This document shows positions 46,060 to 58,958 of a DNA stretch of 64,000 nucleotides, one piece after another. Within the stretch, counting starts at the first letter, position 1. Each line of letters begins with the position of its first letter. The notes under the pieces were generated by a model. That model ran no database searches and was not told where the DNA came from. It saw nothing but the letters and a program-made list of their open reading frames with translations. Location: assembly GCA_019637815.1 (NCBI GenBank), contig JAHBUZ010000006.1, forward strand, positions 128,522 to 192,521, in the 5' to 3' direction. The stretch is from Chloroflexota bacterium. GTDB lineage: Bacteria > Chloroflexota > Limnocylindria > Limnocylindrales > CSP1-4. Both the position numbers and the translations under genes were made by a program.

Positions 46060-47211
46060 ATGCGCGCCCGCCTCCGGGACGCACTGCGCCGTGGCATCAG
46101 AGGGTCGCCGCGTCCGTGGATCGACGCCGAGGCGAGACCATCGCATGCGCTCCTCGGAGGGTCCGTGTCCGCGCCCGCCGCTCCGGCGACCCCATCGTCC
46201 ATCGACGACCTGCCGCCCGCCATCGAGGTGCGGGGTGTCCGGCGCGTCTACAAGGCGAAGCCGAACCCGGTCACGGCGCTCGACGGGGTGGACCTGGATG
46301 TCGCCCCGGGCGAGCTGTTCGGGCTGCTGGGTCCCAACGGCGCGGGCAAGACGACGCTCATCAAGATCCTCACGACCCTGCTCCTGCCCACCGACGGGAC
46401 GGCCCGCGTCTTCGGCTTCGATGTCGCGCGCCAGACCACCGAGATCCGCCGGATCATGAACATCGTGTCCGGCGGGGAGCAGTCGGGCTACGGTCTGCTC
46501 CAGGTCCGTGAGCAGCTCTGGATGTTCAGCCAGTTCTATGGCATCCCGGTGCGCGAGGGCTGGCGTCGGGTCGATGAGCTCATCGACGCGGTCGGCCTCC
46601 AGGAGCAGCGGCACCAGAAGATCAGCTCCCTGTCCACGGGTCAGCGCCAGAAGCTCAACCTCGCCCGCGGACTCATGAACGACCCGTGGATCCTGTTCCT
46701 CGATGAGCCCACCCTGGGCCTGGACGTGTCAGCGGCGCGGGTCGTGCGGGACCTGGTGCGTGGTTGGCAGGCGGCCGTGCCGGGTCGGACGATCCTGCTC
46801 ACCTCGCACTACATGGCGGAGGTGGACGAGCTGTGCGACCGGCTCGCCATCGTGGATCATGGGCGGATCCTGGCGCTCGGCACGCCGACGGAGCTCAAGC
46901 AGCGCGTGAGCGCGGGGTCCATCTTCCGGCTGGTCCTCGACGCGCTCGAGGGCGGCGTGGAGCCGATCGCGGCGCTGCCGGGGGTGGAGCGGGCGGTGCT
47001 GGCCGCGGACGATGCGACGGCCCCCGACGGCCAGACGGTGGCGGTGAACCTCCAGCTGACCGACGATGCGGTGCTCGGCAGCGTCATCACCGCGCTCGCC
47101 GCCCAGGATGCCCACATCGTGGCGCTCCAGAAGTCCGAGCCGACGCTGGAGGACGTGTTCGTGGAGCTCGTCGGTCGGGGATTCGGGGACGCTCCCGAGG
47201 GTGACCGATGA
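46060..47211 (+). CDS. ABC transporter ATP-binding protein (ABC-2/DrrA-like) with a C-terminal accessory domain
   Basis: Walker A GPNGAGKTT, signature LSTGQRQKL, Walker B ILFLDEPT, H-loop TSHYM. The true start is probably downstream of 46060. Confidence 0.85.
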   Translation: MRARLRDALRRGIRGSPRPWIDAEARPSHALLGGSVSAPAAPATPSSIDDLPPAIEVRGVRRVYKAKPNPVTALDGVDLDVAPGELFGLLGPNGAGKTTLIKILTTLLLPTDGTARVFGFDVARQTTEIRRIMNIVSGGEQSGYGLLQVREQLWMFSQFYGIPVREGWRRVDELIDAVGLQEQRHQKISSLSTGQRQKLNLARGLMNDPWILFLDEPTLGLDVSAARVVRDLVRGWQAAVPGRTILLTSHYMAEVDELCDRLAIVDHGRILALGTPTELKQRVSAGSIFRLVLDALEGGVEPIAALPGVERAVLAADDATAPDGQTVAVNLQLTDDAVLGSVITALAAQDAHIVALQKSEPTLEDVFVELVGRGFGDAPEGDR

Positions 47212-47266
47212 GCGGGCACCGGTCGATGGGCCCGGCACTCCCGCTGGCTCGATCGGCACCCCGACG

Positions 47267-48160
47267 ATGACCGCCACCCTGCGCATCCCCGAGCCGTTCC
47301 ATCCGACCAGCAGCCCGATGGAGGCCGCCAGGTGGACCCGTCGTCGGAAGCTGGCCACGGACCTGCGCGCGGTCACCGGCCGCGCCTACCCCCGGGTCAT
47401 CGGTCTCATCCGCGAGCCATCGTGGCTCCTGTTCGAGATCCTGCTCCCGTTCCTGACTACGTCCGCGTTCGTGTTCGTGTATCGCGCGCTCCAGGCACCC
47501 CCGGAGTACGTGGGCTTCGCGGTGCTCGGCGGCGCCATGACCGCGTTCTGGCTGAACGTCATCTGGATGATGGCCGCGCAGCTCTACTGGGAGAAGGACC
47601 AGGGCAACCTGGATATCTACTTCACGGCCCCCGTGAGCCTCATGAGCGTGCTGTTCGGGATGGCCATCGGCGGACTCTTCTCCAGCTGTCTCCGGGCGGC
47701 GGTGGTCCTGGGGGTCGGCACGGTCCTGTATGACGTCGTGTTCACGGTGGAGCAGTGGGGCCTGCTCATCGGCGTGTTCCTGCTCACCCTCGGCGCGCTG
47801 TACGGCCTGGGCATGGTCCTCGCCAGCCTGTTCCTGCTGTTCGGTCGTGAGGCGTGGCACCTCACCCAGGCGATGCAGGAGCCGGTCTACTTCGTGTCCG
47901 GCCTCAATTTCCCGGTCGGTCGGCTGGGGATGCTGGGCTTCCTCGCCATCGCGCTCATCCCGCTCGCGGTCGGCCTGGACGCCATCCGCCAGCTCGCCTT
48001 CGCGGGGAGCGCGGCGCACGTGGGCACGCCGTCCCCGGAGGTGGAGGCGCTCATCCTGGTCGCGATGGTGGTCGTCTCGCTGGCGCTGGCACGCGCGATG
48101 ATCCACCGCCTCGAATGGCTCGCCCGGAGCGAGGGCCGTCTCACGGTGCGCGGCGGATGA
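47267..48160 (+). CDS. ABC-2 type transporter permease (first of two)
   Basis: Six hydrophobic helices within track ORF 47066..48160. Start either the ATG at 47267 or the GTG near 47201, which overlaps the ATPase stop. Confidence 0.75.
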   Translation: MTATLRIPEPFHPTSSPMEAARWTRRRKLATDLRAVTGRAYPRVIGLIREPSWLLFEILLPFLTTSAFVFVYRALQAPPEYVGFAVLGGAMTAFWLNVIWMMAAQLYWEKDQGNLDIYFTAPVSLMSVLFGMAIGGLFSSCLRAAVVLGVGTVLYDVVFTVEQWGLLIGVFLLTLGALYGLGMVLASLFLLFGREAWHLTQAMQEPVYFVSGLNFPVGRLGMLGFLAIALIPLAVGLDAIRQLAFAGSAAHVGTPSPEVEALILVAMVVVSLALARAMIHRLEWLARSEGRLTVRGG

Positions 48161-49089
48161 CCCAGCTGGCCGGCAGCCAGGCTCGCCCGCAGCGTGACGC
48201 CCGCGGCACGTGGCAGGAGCGTCTGCTCACGTGGCGCACCGCCGTGCGTCTGGGCTGGGCGGTCGAATCGAACTGGGCGGACCCGGTCCTGTTCCTCATC
48301 TACTCCATCGCCAAGCCCATCGCGTCGGTGCTCATGCTGGTGGTCATGCTCCAGGTCATCAGCAACGGCGCGGCGAGCACCGCGGACCTGGGCTTCGTGA
48401 TCGTGGGCAGCGCGCTGTGGGCGTTCGTGATGGGCGGCATCGCGGGACTCGCCTGGTCGATCCTCGACGATCGGGAGCGCTACCGGATGCTGCGCTATCT
48501 CGCCATCCTGCCGGGCTCCCTGTCGGTGATCCTGCTGGGCCGCGGGACGGCCCGTCTGCTCATCGCGGGCATGGGCAGTGTCATCACGCTCGTCGTCGCG
48601 TGCCTGATCACGGGAGTGCCCATCGACATCGGGCGCATCGACTGGATCATGCTCCTCGTCTGCATGGCCATCGGTCTCGTGGCGGTCATCGCGCTGGGCA
48701 CCCTGATGGCCGCGGTGTGCATGCAGACGCGCCAGGACTCGTGGAGCTATCCGGAGGCGGTCGCGGGTGCCCTGTTCCTGCTCGTGGGCGCGGTGTTCCC
48801 CATCGTGGTGCTGCCCCAGGTCGTCCAGTGGGTCGGCCTGCTGATGCCGCTCACCTGGTGGATCGAGGGCATCCGCCGGGCGGTGCTGCCGGATGCGGCG
48901 AGCGGCATCGGTGGTGTCGGCTCGGTGTGGACCGATGTCACCGGTACCTTGGCGCCCGACCAGGGGGTGATCCTGGTCGTGTCGATGGCCACCACCGCCA
49001 TGGCTACACTCGTCGCCTTCGGCGGCTATCGCTGGAGCGAGCGCCGAGCGCGGGAGCGCGGCCTGCTCGATCGGACCACTGGCTCCTGA
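48157..49089 (+). CDS. ABC-2 type transporter permease (second of two)
   Basis: ATG at 48157 overlaps the upstream stop as ATGA. MTQLAGSQ... followed by six TM helices. Confidence 0.75.
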   Translation: MTQLAGSQARPQRDARGTWQERLLTWRTAVRLGWAVESNWADPVLFLIYSIAKPIASVLMLVVMLQVISNGAASTADLGFVIVGSALWAFVMGGIAGLAWSILDDRERYRMLRYLAILPGSLSVILLGRGTARLLIAGMGSVITLVVACLITGVPIDIGRIDWIMLLVCMAIGLVAVIALGTLMAAVCMQTRQDSWSYPEAVAGALFLLVGAVFPIVVLPQVVQWVGLLMPLTWWIEGIRRAVLPDAASGIGGVGSVWTDVTGTLAPDQGVILVVSMATTAMATLVAFGGYRWSERRARERGLLDRTTGS

Positions 49090-49098
49090 CGGGGTGTC

Positions 49099-49605
49099 AT
49101 GAGGATCTCGGACGGTCGACCGCGCCCGGACTATGAAGAGGTCCTGCGGTCGCTGGGTGGCTTCATCGACCAGCGGGACATGCACGCGATCCTGCTGCTG
49201 GAGGCGTCGGATGGGTTCGTCGTCCAGGGCCTCGCGCCGAGCGCACCGGACGGCGCATCACCGCACGGGGCACCCGCCCCACCGGGTGGGGAGACGTACA
49301 CCCTCCTCGACGACGACATCGCGCGGTTCATGGAGGAGTCACGGGCGCGCCGCGGGACCCACGTGGACGGGGCGCCCATGACGGCGGGCCCCTACGAGCG
49401 TGCGCTCCGGGTGCTCGGCCGCTATATCGACCAGCAGCAGCCGCGGAACGTGCTCCTGTTCGAGCAGGATCGGGCATGGCTGATCCGGCTGCTCATGGCC
49501 ACCCGCGCCGGGCTGCATCACATGCTCGTGGAGTTCACGCCCGACGAGGTCGACACGATGGTCGCCCAGGCACCGTCCTGGCGGACGTCCGGCCCGGACG
49601 GCTGA
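49099..49605 (+). CDS. hypothetical protein with an internal duplication
   Basis: Two related halves: YEEVLRSLGGFIDQRDMHAILLLEASDGFVVQGL and YERALRVLGRYIDQQQPRNVLLFEQDRAWLIRLL. It starts 10 nt after the permease stop. Confidence 0.5.
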   Translation: MRISDGRPRPDYEEVLRSLGGFIDQRDMHAILLLEASDGFVVQGLAPSAPDGASPHGAPAPPGGETYTLLDDDIARFMEESRARRGTHVDGAPMTAGPYERALRVLGRYIDQQQPRNVLLFEQDRAWLIRLLMATRAGLHHMLVEFTPDEVDTMVAQAPSWRTSGPDG

Positions 49606-49680
49606 ACGGCCCGCCGGATGGCCGGTGCGCGCTCGAAGGCCTACACTGCACGCACGAACAGAGTCTGGAGGTCGCTGACC

Positions 49681-49845
49681 ATGCGCATCGTGAAGTTCCT
49701 AGGGGCCGTCATCGGACTGCTCGTGGCGGCCGCCGTGATCGTGCCGCTCGCGGTGCTGGCCGGCCTGTTCATCTGGCTGAAGCTCACCGAGGATGCGGAC
49801 GAGGAGCTGCTGGAGCTGGAGCAGGAGCAGCCCGAGCCCGCCTGA
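49681..49845 (+). CDS. small membrane protein (one TM helix plus an acidic tail)
   Basis: ATG at 49681 preceded by GGAGG. MRIVKFLGAVIGLLVAAAVIVPLAVLAGLFIWL followed by TEDADEELLELEQEQPEPA. Confidence 0.45.
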   Translation: MRIVKFLGAVIGLLVAAAVIVPLAVLAGLFIWLKLTEDADEELLELEQEQPEPA

Positions 49846-49913
49846 CCCGTCCCGAGCCTGCCGCCCCGTCCGCGGCGGCGGTCCGTCCGGGTCCCGTCAT
49901 CGGGTCCCGCGTA

Positions 49914-51191
49914 TCAGCCAGCCGGCGCCGTGGACCCTGGCAGGACGATGCTCTCGCGCTGCGCCTTCTGGAAGAAGTGGGCGAACAGGTCGCGGATGAT
50001 GGCCGCCACCGGCAGCGCCACGATGGCCCCGATGATGCCGCCCAGCGCGAAGCCGATGGTGATGAGCACCAGCACCGTCGCACCACTGAAGGAGATCATC
50101 CGGCCCTCGAACGTGGGCACCAGGACGGAGCCCTCGATGTTGAAGGCGATGAAGTAGAACACGCTCACGAGCGCCACCGCGAGTGGTGAGATGGTGAGCG
50201 CGATGAGCAGCGCCGGCACGTAGCTGATGATCGGTCCGATCTGCGGCAGCAGCTCCATCACGAACGCGATGAGACCCAGGAGCAGCGCGAAGCTGCCGAG
50301 CGGCCCGCCCACGACCATCCCGATGAGGGTCATCCCGATGGCGACCGAGACGCCCATGATGGAGCCCACCAGCAGCTCCGCCTTGAAGTACTGCGCGAAG
50401 TCCGCGGTGAACGTGTTGGCCATGAACGACACGTCCGGCTTCCAGGGCTCGGGCACCTGCCGATAGAAGTTGCGGTGCATCCGCGGCTGGTCCTTGAGCA
50501 GGTAGAACGTGAAGAACGGCAGGAGCATGAACGCGAACAGCGTGCCGATGATGCCCAGGAACCCCTGCACCACCCCCAGGCCGACCACGACCCAGTTGGC
50601 CGAGGCGAGGACGTCGTGGACCGTCGCCACCAGCTGGTCGACCGGGTCCGTCACGTAGGTCGGCAGGTCCATCGCCTCGTAGTCGGCGCGGAGGGTGGCG
50701 ATGTACGAGGGCACCGCACGCAGGAAGGCCACGCCCTGCTCGAGCAGGATGAGCGTGCCGCCGATGAGCACCACGAGCGTGACGACCACACAGATGGCCA
50801 CCACGAGGATCGCCGCCGCGATGCGGGGGACGCCGTGCGCCTCCAGCCGGTCCACGACCGGGACCAGGAAGAACGACAGCGCGACGCCGATGGCGAACAC
50901 GAACAGCGCCTGACCCGCGACGATCACGACCCCGACGGCGAGCGCCACACCCAGGGCGGCCACCAGGAACGCCTTGCTGGGCATGCGCATCGGGCCGAAG
51001 CTCGCGCCGGGTGGCAGCGGGACGGGTGGCGCGTCCGGATCGCCGTCGGCCCCCGGCTCATCCAGGGATCCGGTGGACGTCGGACCGTCATCGCCCGTGG
51101 GCACGCTGGCGTCGGCTGCGCGGGTGGTGCGCTCCGAGCCGTCCAGGTCCTGCGCCGCCGGGTCGGTCACGGATCGCCTCCCTCCAGGCAT
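49914..51191 (-). CDS. AI-2E family transporter (PerM/YhhT-like permease)
   Basis: Eight hydrophobic segments with family-like FFLVPVVDRLE and LLPQIGPIISYVPA. Disordered acidic N-terminus, so the start is uncertain. Confidence 0.8.
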   Translation of the reverse strand: MPGGRRSVTDPAAQDLDGSERTTRAADASVPTGDDGPTSTGSLDEPGADGDPDAPPVPLPPGASFGPMRMPSKAFLVAALGVALAVGVVIVAGQALFVFAIGVALSFFLVPVVDRLEAHGVPRIAAAILVVAICVVVTLVVLIGGTLILLEQGVAFLRAVPSYIATLRADYEAMDLPTYVTDPVDQLVATVHDVLASANWVVVGLGVVQGFLGIIGTLFAFMLLPFFTFYLLKDQPRMHRNFYRQVPEPWKPDVSFMANTFTADFAQYFKAELLVGSIMGVSVAIGMTLIGMVVGGPLGSFALLLGLIAFVMELLPQIGPIISYVPALLIALTISPLAVALVSVFYFIAFNIEGSVLVPTFEGRMISFSGATVLVLITIGFALGGIIGAIVALPVAAIIRDLFAHFFQKAQRESIVLPGSTAPAG

Positions 51192-51278
51192 CTACCGCGG
51201 ATCTCGTCAGTGGCCGGCCCCGGAACCGGTCCGCGGCTGCCAGCGGATGATACCCATCCCACCATCGGCGCATGGTAG

Positions 51279-54661
<3,383 letters not shown>

Positions 54662-54753
54662 GTGGAGCGGGGCGCCATGACCCGCGGACGGTACACTCGA
54701 CGGGTACCGACACGCGCATCACGTCGTGCCCATCCCGAGGGAGCGTCCCCGTC

Positions 54754-55419
54754 ATGAAGCTGTTCCTGGACACCGCCGATATCGAGGAGATCCGGACCGT
54801 CGCCCGCTGGGGCGTGCTGGACGGGGTCACCACCAACCCCACCCTGTATGCCAAGGTCGGCGGCTCGTACGAATCGATCCTCACGGAGATCTGCCACATC
54901 ACGTCCGGCCCGGTGAGCGCCGAGGTCGTCGCGGAGGACGTGGAGGGCATGCTCAAGGAAGGCCGCGCGTTCGCCAAGCTCGCGCCCAACATCGTGGTCA
55001 AGGTGCCCATGAGCGAGACCGGCCTGGAGGCGATCTCACGGTTCGCGGACGAGGGCATCAAGACCAACTGCACCCTCATCTTCAGCGCGAACCAGGGCCT
55101 GCTCGCGGCCAAGGCGGGCGCCTCGCTGCTGTCGCCCTTCGTGGGTCGGCTCGATGACATCAACCAGGACGGCATGGACGTCATCCGGGAGCTGGTCTCG
55201 ATCGTGGAGCTCCACGGCATCGAGACCGAGGTGCTGGCCGCGTCCATCCGTGGGCCGCGGGACGTGACGGACGCGGCGCTCGCCGGGGCGCACGTCGCGA
55301 CGCTGCCCTTCAAGGTCATCCAGCAGATGGTCCGCCACCCGCTCACGGACAAGGGCATCGTGCAGTTCCAGAAGGACTGGGCAGCGGCGCGTGCCGCAGC
55401 CTCCGGCGCCAGCGCCTGA
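54754..55419 (+). CDS. tal: transaldolase, short type (fructose-6-phosphate aldolase-like)
   Basis: MKLFLDTADIEEIR...GVTTNP...VKVP...TNCTLIFS...SPFVGRLDD. 221 aa. Confidence 0.92.
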   Translation: MKLFLDTADIEEIRTVARWGVLDGVTTNPTLYAKVGGSYESILTEICHITSGPVSAEVVAEDVEGMLKEGRAFAKLAPNIVVKVPMSETGLEAISRFADEGIKTNCTLIFSANQGLLAAKAGASLLSPFVGRLDDINQDGMDVIRELVSIVELHGIETEVLAASIRGPRDVTDAALAGAHVATLPFKVIQQMVRHPLTDKGIVQFQKDWAAARAAASGASA

Positions 55420-55435
55420 TCCGGACGTGACCGGC

Positions 55436-56323
55436 ATGCAGGTGGGGGTGATGGCCCCCCAGGGCTGGAAGCACGAGTACGACGACTGGTCCGCCGCGGA
55501 TGCGTGGACCCGGACCGTGGATCTCGCGGTCCAGGCGGAGATGCTCGGCTTCGAGTCCGTCTGGGTGTTCGACCACTTCACGACCACCCCGGACCCGACC
55601 GATGACATCACCTTCGAGTCGTTCTCGACGCTGGCGGCGCTCGCCGCGCTCACGCGTCGCGTCCGACTCGGCCACATGGTGGTCTGCACCGCGTTCCGGA
55701 ACCCCGGCCTCACCGCCAAGCTCAGCTCCACGATCGACGTCATCTCCGGTGGCCGGTTCGAGCTGGGCATCGGCGCCGGCTGGAAGGAGGACGAGTGGCT
55801 GTCCTATGGCTATGGGTTCCCGCCCGTCGGTGAGCGTATCGACACGCTGGGTGACCACCTGGAGGTCATCACCCGGATGCTCGCACCCGGGCGTGCCACG
55901 TACCAGGGCCGCCACGCGAGCGTCGATGGCGCGATCAACGTGCCCAAGGGCATCCAGCCCCACATCCCGCTGATCGTGGGTGGCAATGGGCGTGACCGCA
56001 TCGCGGGCTACGCCATGCGCTATGCGGATGAGCTCAACTTCGTCTTCCTGACACCAGCCGAGGTCGCGGAGCGGATGCGCGAGGTGCGAGCGCGCTGCGA
56101 GCGCGAGCATCGCGACCCATCCACGTTGCGCTTCTCCATCTATGCCCGCGACGAGGACGTGCGGGAGGCCGGACAGGCGCGTGTCGACACCCTCGGTGCG
56201 TTCGCGGAGGTCGGTCTCTCGCGGCTGGTCGCGTTCCCCACCCGCTGGGAACCCACCCTGGAGGCCCAGGCGCGCTTCGCGGAGGACTGCCGCATCGCCG
56301 GTCTGACGCTCGCCACCAGCTAG
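55436..56323 (+). CDS. LLM-class (luciferase-like) F420-dependent oxidoreductase
   Basis: GFESVWVFDHF...RVRLGHMVVCTAFRNPGLTAK...GGRFELGIGAGW. Confidence 0.8.
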   Translation: MQVGVMAPQGWKHEYDDWSAADAWTRTVDLAVQAEMLGFESVWVFDHFTTTPDPTDDITFESFSTLAALAALTRRVRLGHMVVCTAFRNPGLTAKLSSTIDVISGGRFELGIGAGWKEDEWLSYGYGFPPVGERIDTLGDHLEVITRMLAPGRATYQGRHASVDGAINVPKGIQPHIPLIVGGNGRDRIAGYAMRYADELNFVFLTPAEVAERMREVRARCEREHRDPSTLRFSIYARDEDVREAGQARVDTLGAFAEVGLSRLVAFPTRWEPTLEAQARFAEDCRIAGLTLATS

Positions 56324-56371
56324 ACGCGCGGGACCCGCGCTGGTCGGGCGAGTCGGGACCGCGGGCGTCGG

Positions 56372-57466
56372 TCAGGCGGACTGCCAGGCGTCGAGACGTC
56401 CGATCTCGTCGTCGACATCGGCTCGGTCGGTGGCTGAGAGCGCTTCGTAGAGGGTCGGCTCCACGTGGCCGTCCCGGATGGACCACTCGCCGACCACCCG
56501 TCCATCGACCAGGACCACCCCCGCCGAGAACGGCCGCTTGCTCGTGAAGATGATCGTGCGATACGGCTCCGGCAGCAGCCCGGACCGACGCGCGTGGACG
56601 AGCAGGTTCGCGTCCCAATGGGGGAGCAGTCGCACCGGGGCCGGTGTGTCTTCCTCGGGGAGTGGCGCATCGGGCAGGTCCAGCAGCTCGCGGCCATCCG
56701 CGTCCTGGAAGCGTCGCAGCGTGGGATCGGCGGCGATGTCACGGAGCCAGGTGACGGGGACGCCCGCCCAGCTCGCCACATCCCGGGGAGCGGCGGGACC
56801 GAAGCCCCGCAGATACGCATGGAGCAGCGTCCGCAGGCCGGTCGGCTCGTCCGCCGTGTCCGGCCCGACCCACGTCTCCGCGAGGCCCAGCAGGTCCGCG
56901 CGTCGTCGCTCCCAGGTGCCGGACGGGGGGACCCGGACGAGGTCCACCCAGAGCCCCACGTGACCCACGAACCCCGATGCCATCGCGCCCAGGTCCGCGG
57001 TGGTCCGAGGACCGTCCGCGAGCGCCGCCCGCAGCGCCTGGGCATGCTGCTCCCCGCCACGGTCGACCTGCGAGCCCGCCTGGCGCAGAGCCCACTCCCG
57101 GAGCGCTCGCCGGGTGCCCGCGGCGAACGGCCAGTAGTCCTGCGCCGCGACCAGGTGGATCGTGGCGCGCATCAGGGTCGCCTGGATCGCGTGCCGCTCC
57201 TCGAGGGCGCGCGTGACGTCGTCGCGCCGGAGTCCGGCCACGCGGCTCCACAGGCCGATGTATCCCGATGGCGCGTACTGCGTCTGGAGACCACCCACCT
57301 GGTGGAGCGCGTCGGGGATGGAGCACGCGGCACGCTCGAGGAGGAGCTGTCGGGCGAGGAGCGCCCGGTTCAGGCGGCGCTGGGTGAGGACCGGGGCATC
57401 GCTGCGGGACCGTGGCACGCGGGGATGGTCGCGCATCCGGTCAGGAGACGCCATCGATGGGGTCAC
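56372..57466 (-). CDS. winged-helix DNA-binding protein of the YcaQ/AlkZ (DNA interstrand-crosslink glycosylase) family
   Basis: LTQRRLNRALLARQLLLERA...GGLQTQY... is a typical N-terminal signature. About 360 aa. Confidence 0.65.
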   Translation of the reverse strand: MTPSMASPDRMRDHPRVPRSRSDAPVLTQRRLNRALLARQLLLERAACSIPDALHQVGGLQTQYAPSGYIGLWSRVAGLRRDDVTRALEERHAIQATLMRATIHLVAAQDYWPFAAGTRRALREWALRQAGSQVDRGGEQHAQALRAALADGPRTTADLGAMASGFVGHVGLWVDLVRVPPSGTWERRRADLLGLAETWVGPDTADEPTGLRTLLHAYLRGFGPAAPRDVASWAGVPVTWLRDIAADPTLRRFQDADGRELLDLPDAPLPEEDTPAPVRLLPHWDANLLVHARRSGLLPEPYRTIIFTSKRPFSAGVVLVDGRVVGEWSIRDGHVEPTLYEALSATDRADVDDEIGRLDAWQSA

Positions 57467-57540
57467 GGGATGGGGTGGGGCGATGTGTCGCGCCGCCGCG
57501 TCGTCCGCCGGACGTCGTCGCGGACGCGCGCTATCGTTCG

Positions 57541-58794
57541 ATGGTGACCACCGCCGAGATGCCCATCCCCGAACAGACCTCCTTCCCGCGCAGCCGGATC
57601 CGGGTGCTGCTCATGGAGAACGTCCATGCCAGCGCCCAGGACGTGTTCCGCGCCGAGGGCTACCAGGTGGAGACGCTACGCGAGGCGCTCGACGAGGACG
57701 CCCTGCGCGAGCGCATCCGGGACGTCCACATCCTGGGCATCCGGAGTCGGACGCAGGTGACGCCGGGCGCCCTGTCGGAGGCGCGCCGCCTGCTCACGCT
57801 GGGGGCGTTCTGCATCGGCACCAACCAGATCGACCTCGGCAGCGCGGCGCTCCACGGTGTGCCGGTGTTCAACGCCCCGTTCAGCAACACCCGGAGCGTC
57901 GCCGAGCTGGTGGTCGCGGAGGTCATCGCGCTCGCGCGACGGGTCGCCGATCGCTCCCGGGACCTGCACGAGGGTCGCTGGCGCAAGGCGGCCACGTCGA
58001 GCTTCGAGGTCCGTGGCAAGACCCTCGGCATCGTGGGCTACGGCCACATCGGGACGCAGGTCGGCGTGCTCGCCGAGGCGCTGGGTATGCAGGTCCTCTA
58101 CCACGACATCGCCTCGCGGCTGGCCATGGGCAACAACCGGTCCGCCACCTCGCTCCGGGACCTGCTCGGCCGGTCGGACTTCGTGACGCTCCACGTGCCC
58201 GAGACGCCGCTCACCCGGGGCATGATCGGTGAGCGGGAGCTGGCCTGGATGCGACCCGGGGCGTACCTCCTCAACCTGAGCCGAGGGAGCGTCGTGGACG
58301 TCCCCGCGCTCGCGGGTGCGCTGCGTGCCGGGCAGCTGCGGGGCGCCGCGGTGGACGTGTTCCCCGCCGAGCCGGATGGTGACAGCGACACGTTCACCAG
58401 CGAGCTCCAGGGCATCCCCAACGTCATCCTGACGCCGCATGTGGCGGGCTCCACCGAGGAGGCCCAGGAGAACATCGGCCGGGAGGTGGCCGAGGCGCTC
58501 GTGAAGTTCGTCAACACCGGCGCGACCGCCGGGTCCGTCAACTTCCCGGAGGTGGAGCCGCCCGTCCTGCGCGACCATCACCGGCTGCTCAACGTCCATC
58601 ACAACGTGCCCGGTGTGCTCAGCAGCATCAACCGCATCGTGGCCGAGTCGAACGCGAACATCGAGGGACAGATCCTCGCCACGGACCCGTCCATCGGGTA
58701 CCTGGTCATGGATCTCGACCGCGAGGTGTCCCGCGAGGTGCAGCAGCAGATGGCGCTCCTCGAGACGAGCATCCGCACCCGCGCCATCTACTGA
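57541..58794 (+). CDS. serA: D-3-phosphoglycerate dehydrogenase with a C-terminal ACT domain
   Basis: IRVLLMENVH... NAD site GIVGYGHIGTQVG. Catalytic LTPHVAGST. ACT-like HRLLNVHHNVPGVLSSIN. Confidence 0.9.
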   Translation: MVTTAEMPIPEQTSFPRSRIRVLLMENVHASAQDVFRAEGYQVETLREALDEDALRERIRDVHILGIRSRTQVTPGALSEARRLLTLGAFCIGTNQIDLGSAALHGVPVFNAPFSNTRSVAELVVAEVIALARRVADRSRDLHEGRWRKAATSSFEVRGKTLGIVGYGHIGTQVGVLAEALGMQVLYHDIASRLAMGNNRSATSLRDLLGRSDFVTLHVPETPLTRGMIGERELAWMRPGAYLLNLSRGSVVDVPALAGALRAGQLRGAAVDVFPAEPDGDSDTFTSELQGIPNVILTPHVAGSTEEAQENIGREVAEALVKFVNTGATAGSVNFPEVEPPVLRDHHRLLNVHHNVPGVLSSINRIVAESNANIEGQILATDPSIGYLVMDLDREVSREVQQQMALLETSIRTRAIY

Positions 58795-58795
58795 G

Positions 58796-58837
58796 ACCGG
58801 CTCCTGGGGCGATACCGGCTCCTGGGGCGATACCGGC
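58796..58837. repeat. 18-bp tandem duplication (ACCGGCTCCTGGGGCGAT x2.3) immediately after the serA stop
   Basis: Read directly from the sequence, +/-2 nt. Confidence 0.7.
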
Positions 58838-58958
58838 CCACCGAAGCGCCGCGGTCGCCGGCCGCCATCCCCACTGGCGGCGTCACCGCTCACCGGTGTC
58901 GCGTGCATGCAACGAGCCGTCCGGGCATCGGGTGCGTGGCTGCGATGGCCGCCGATCG

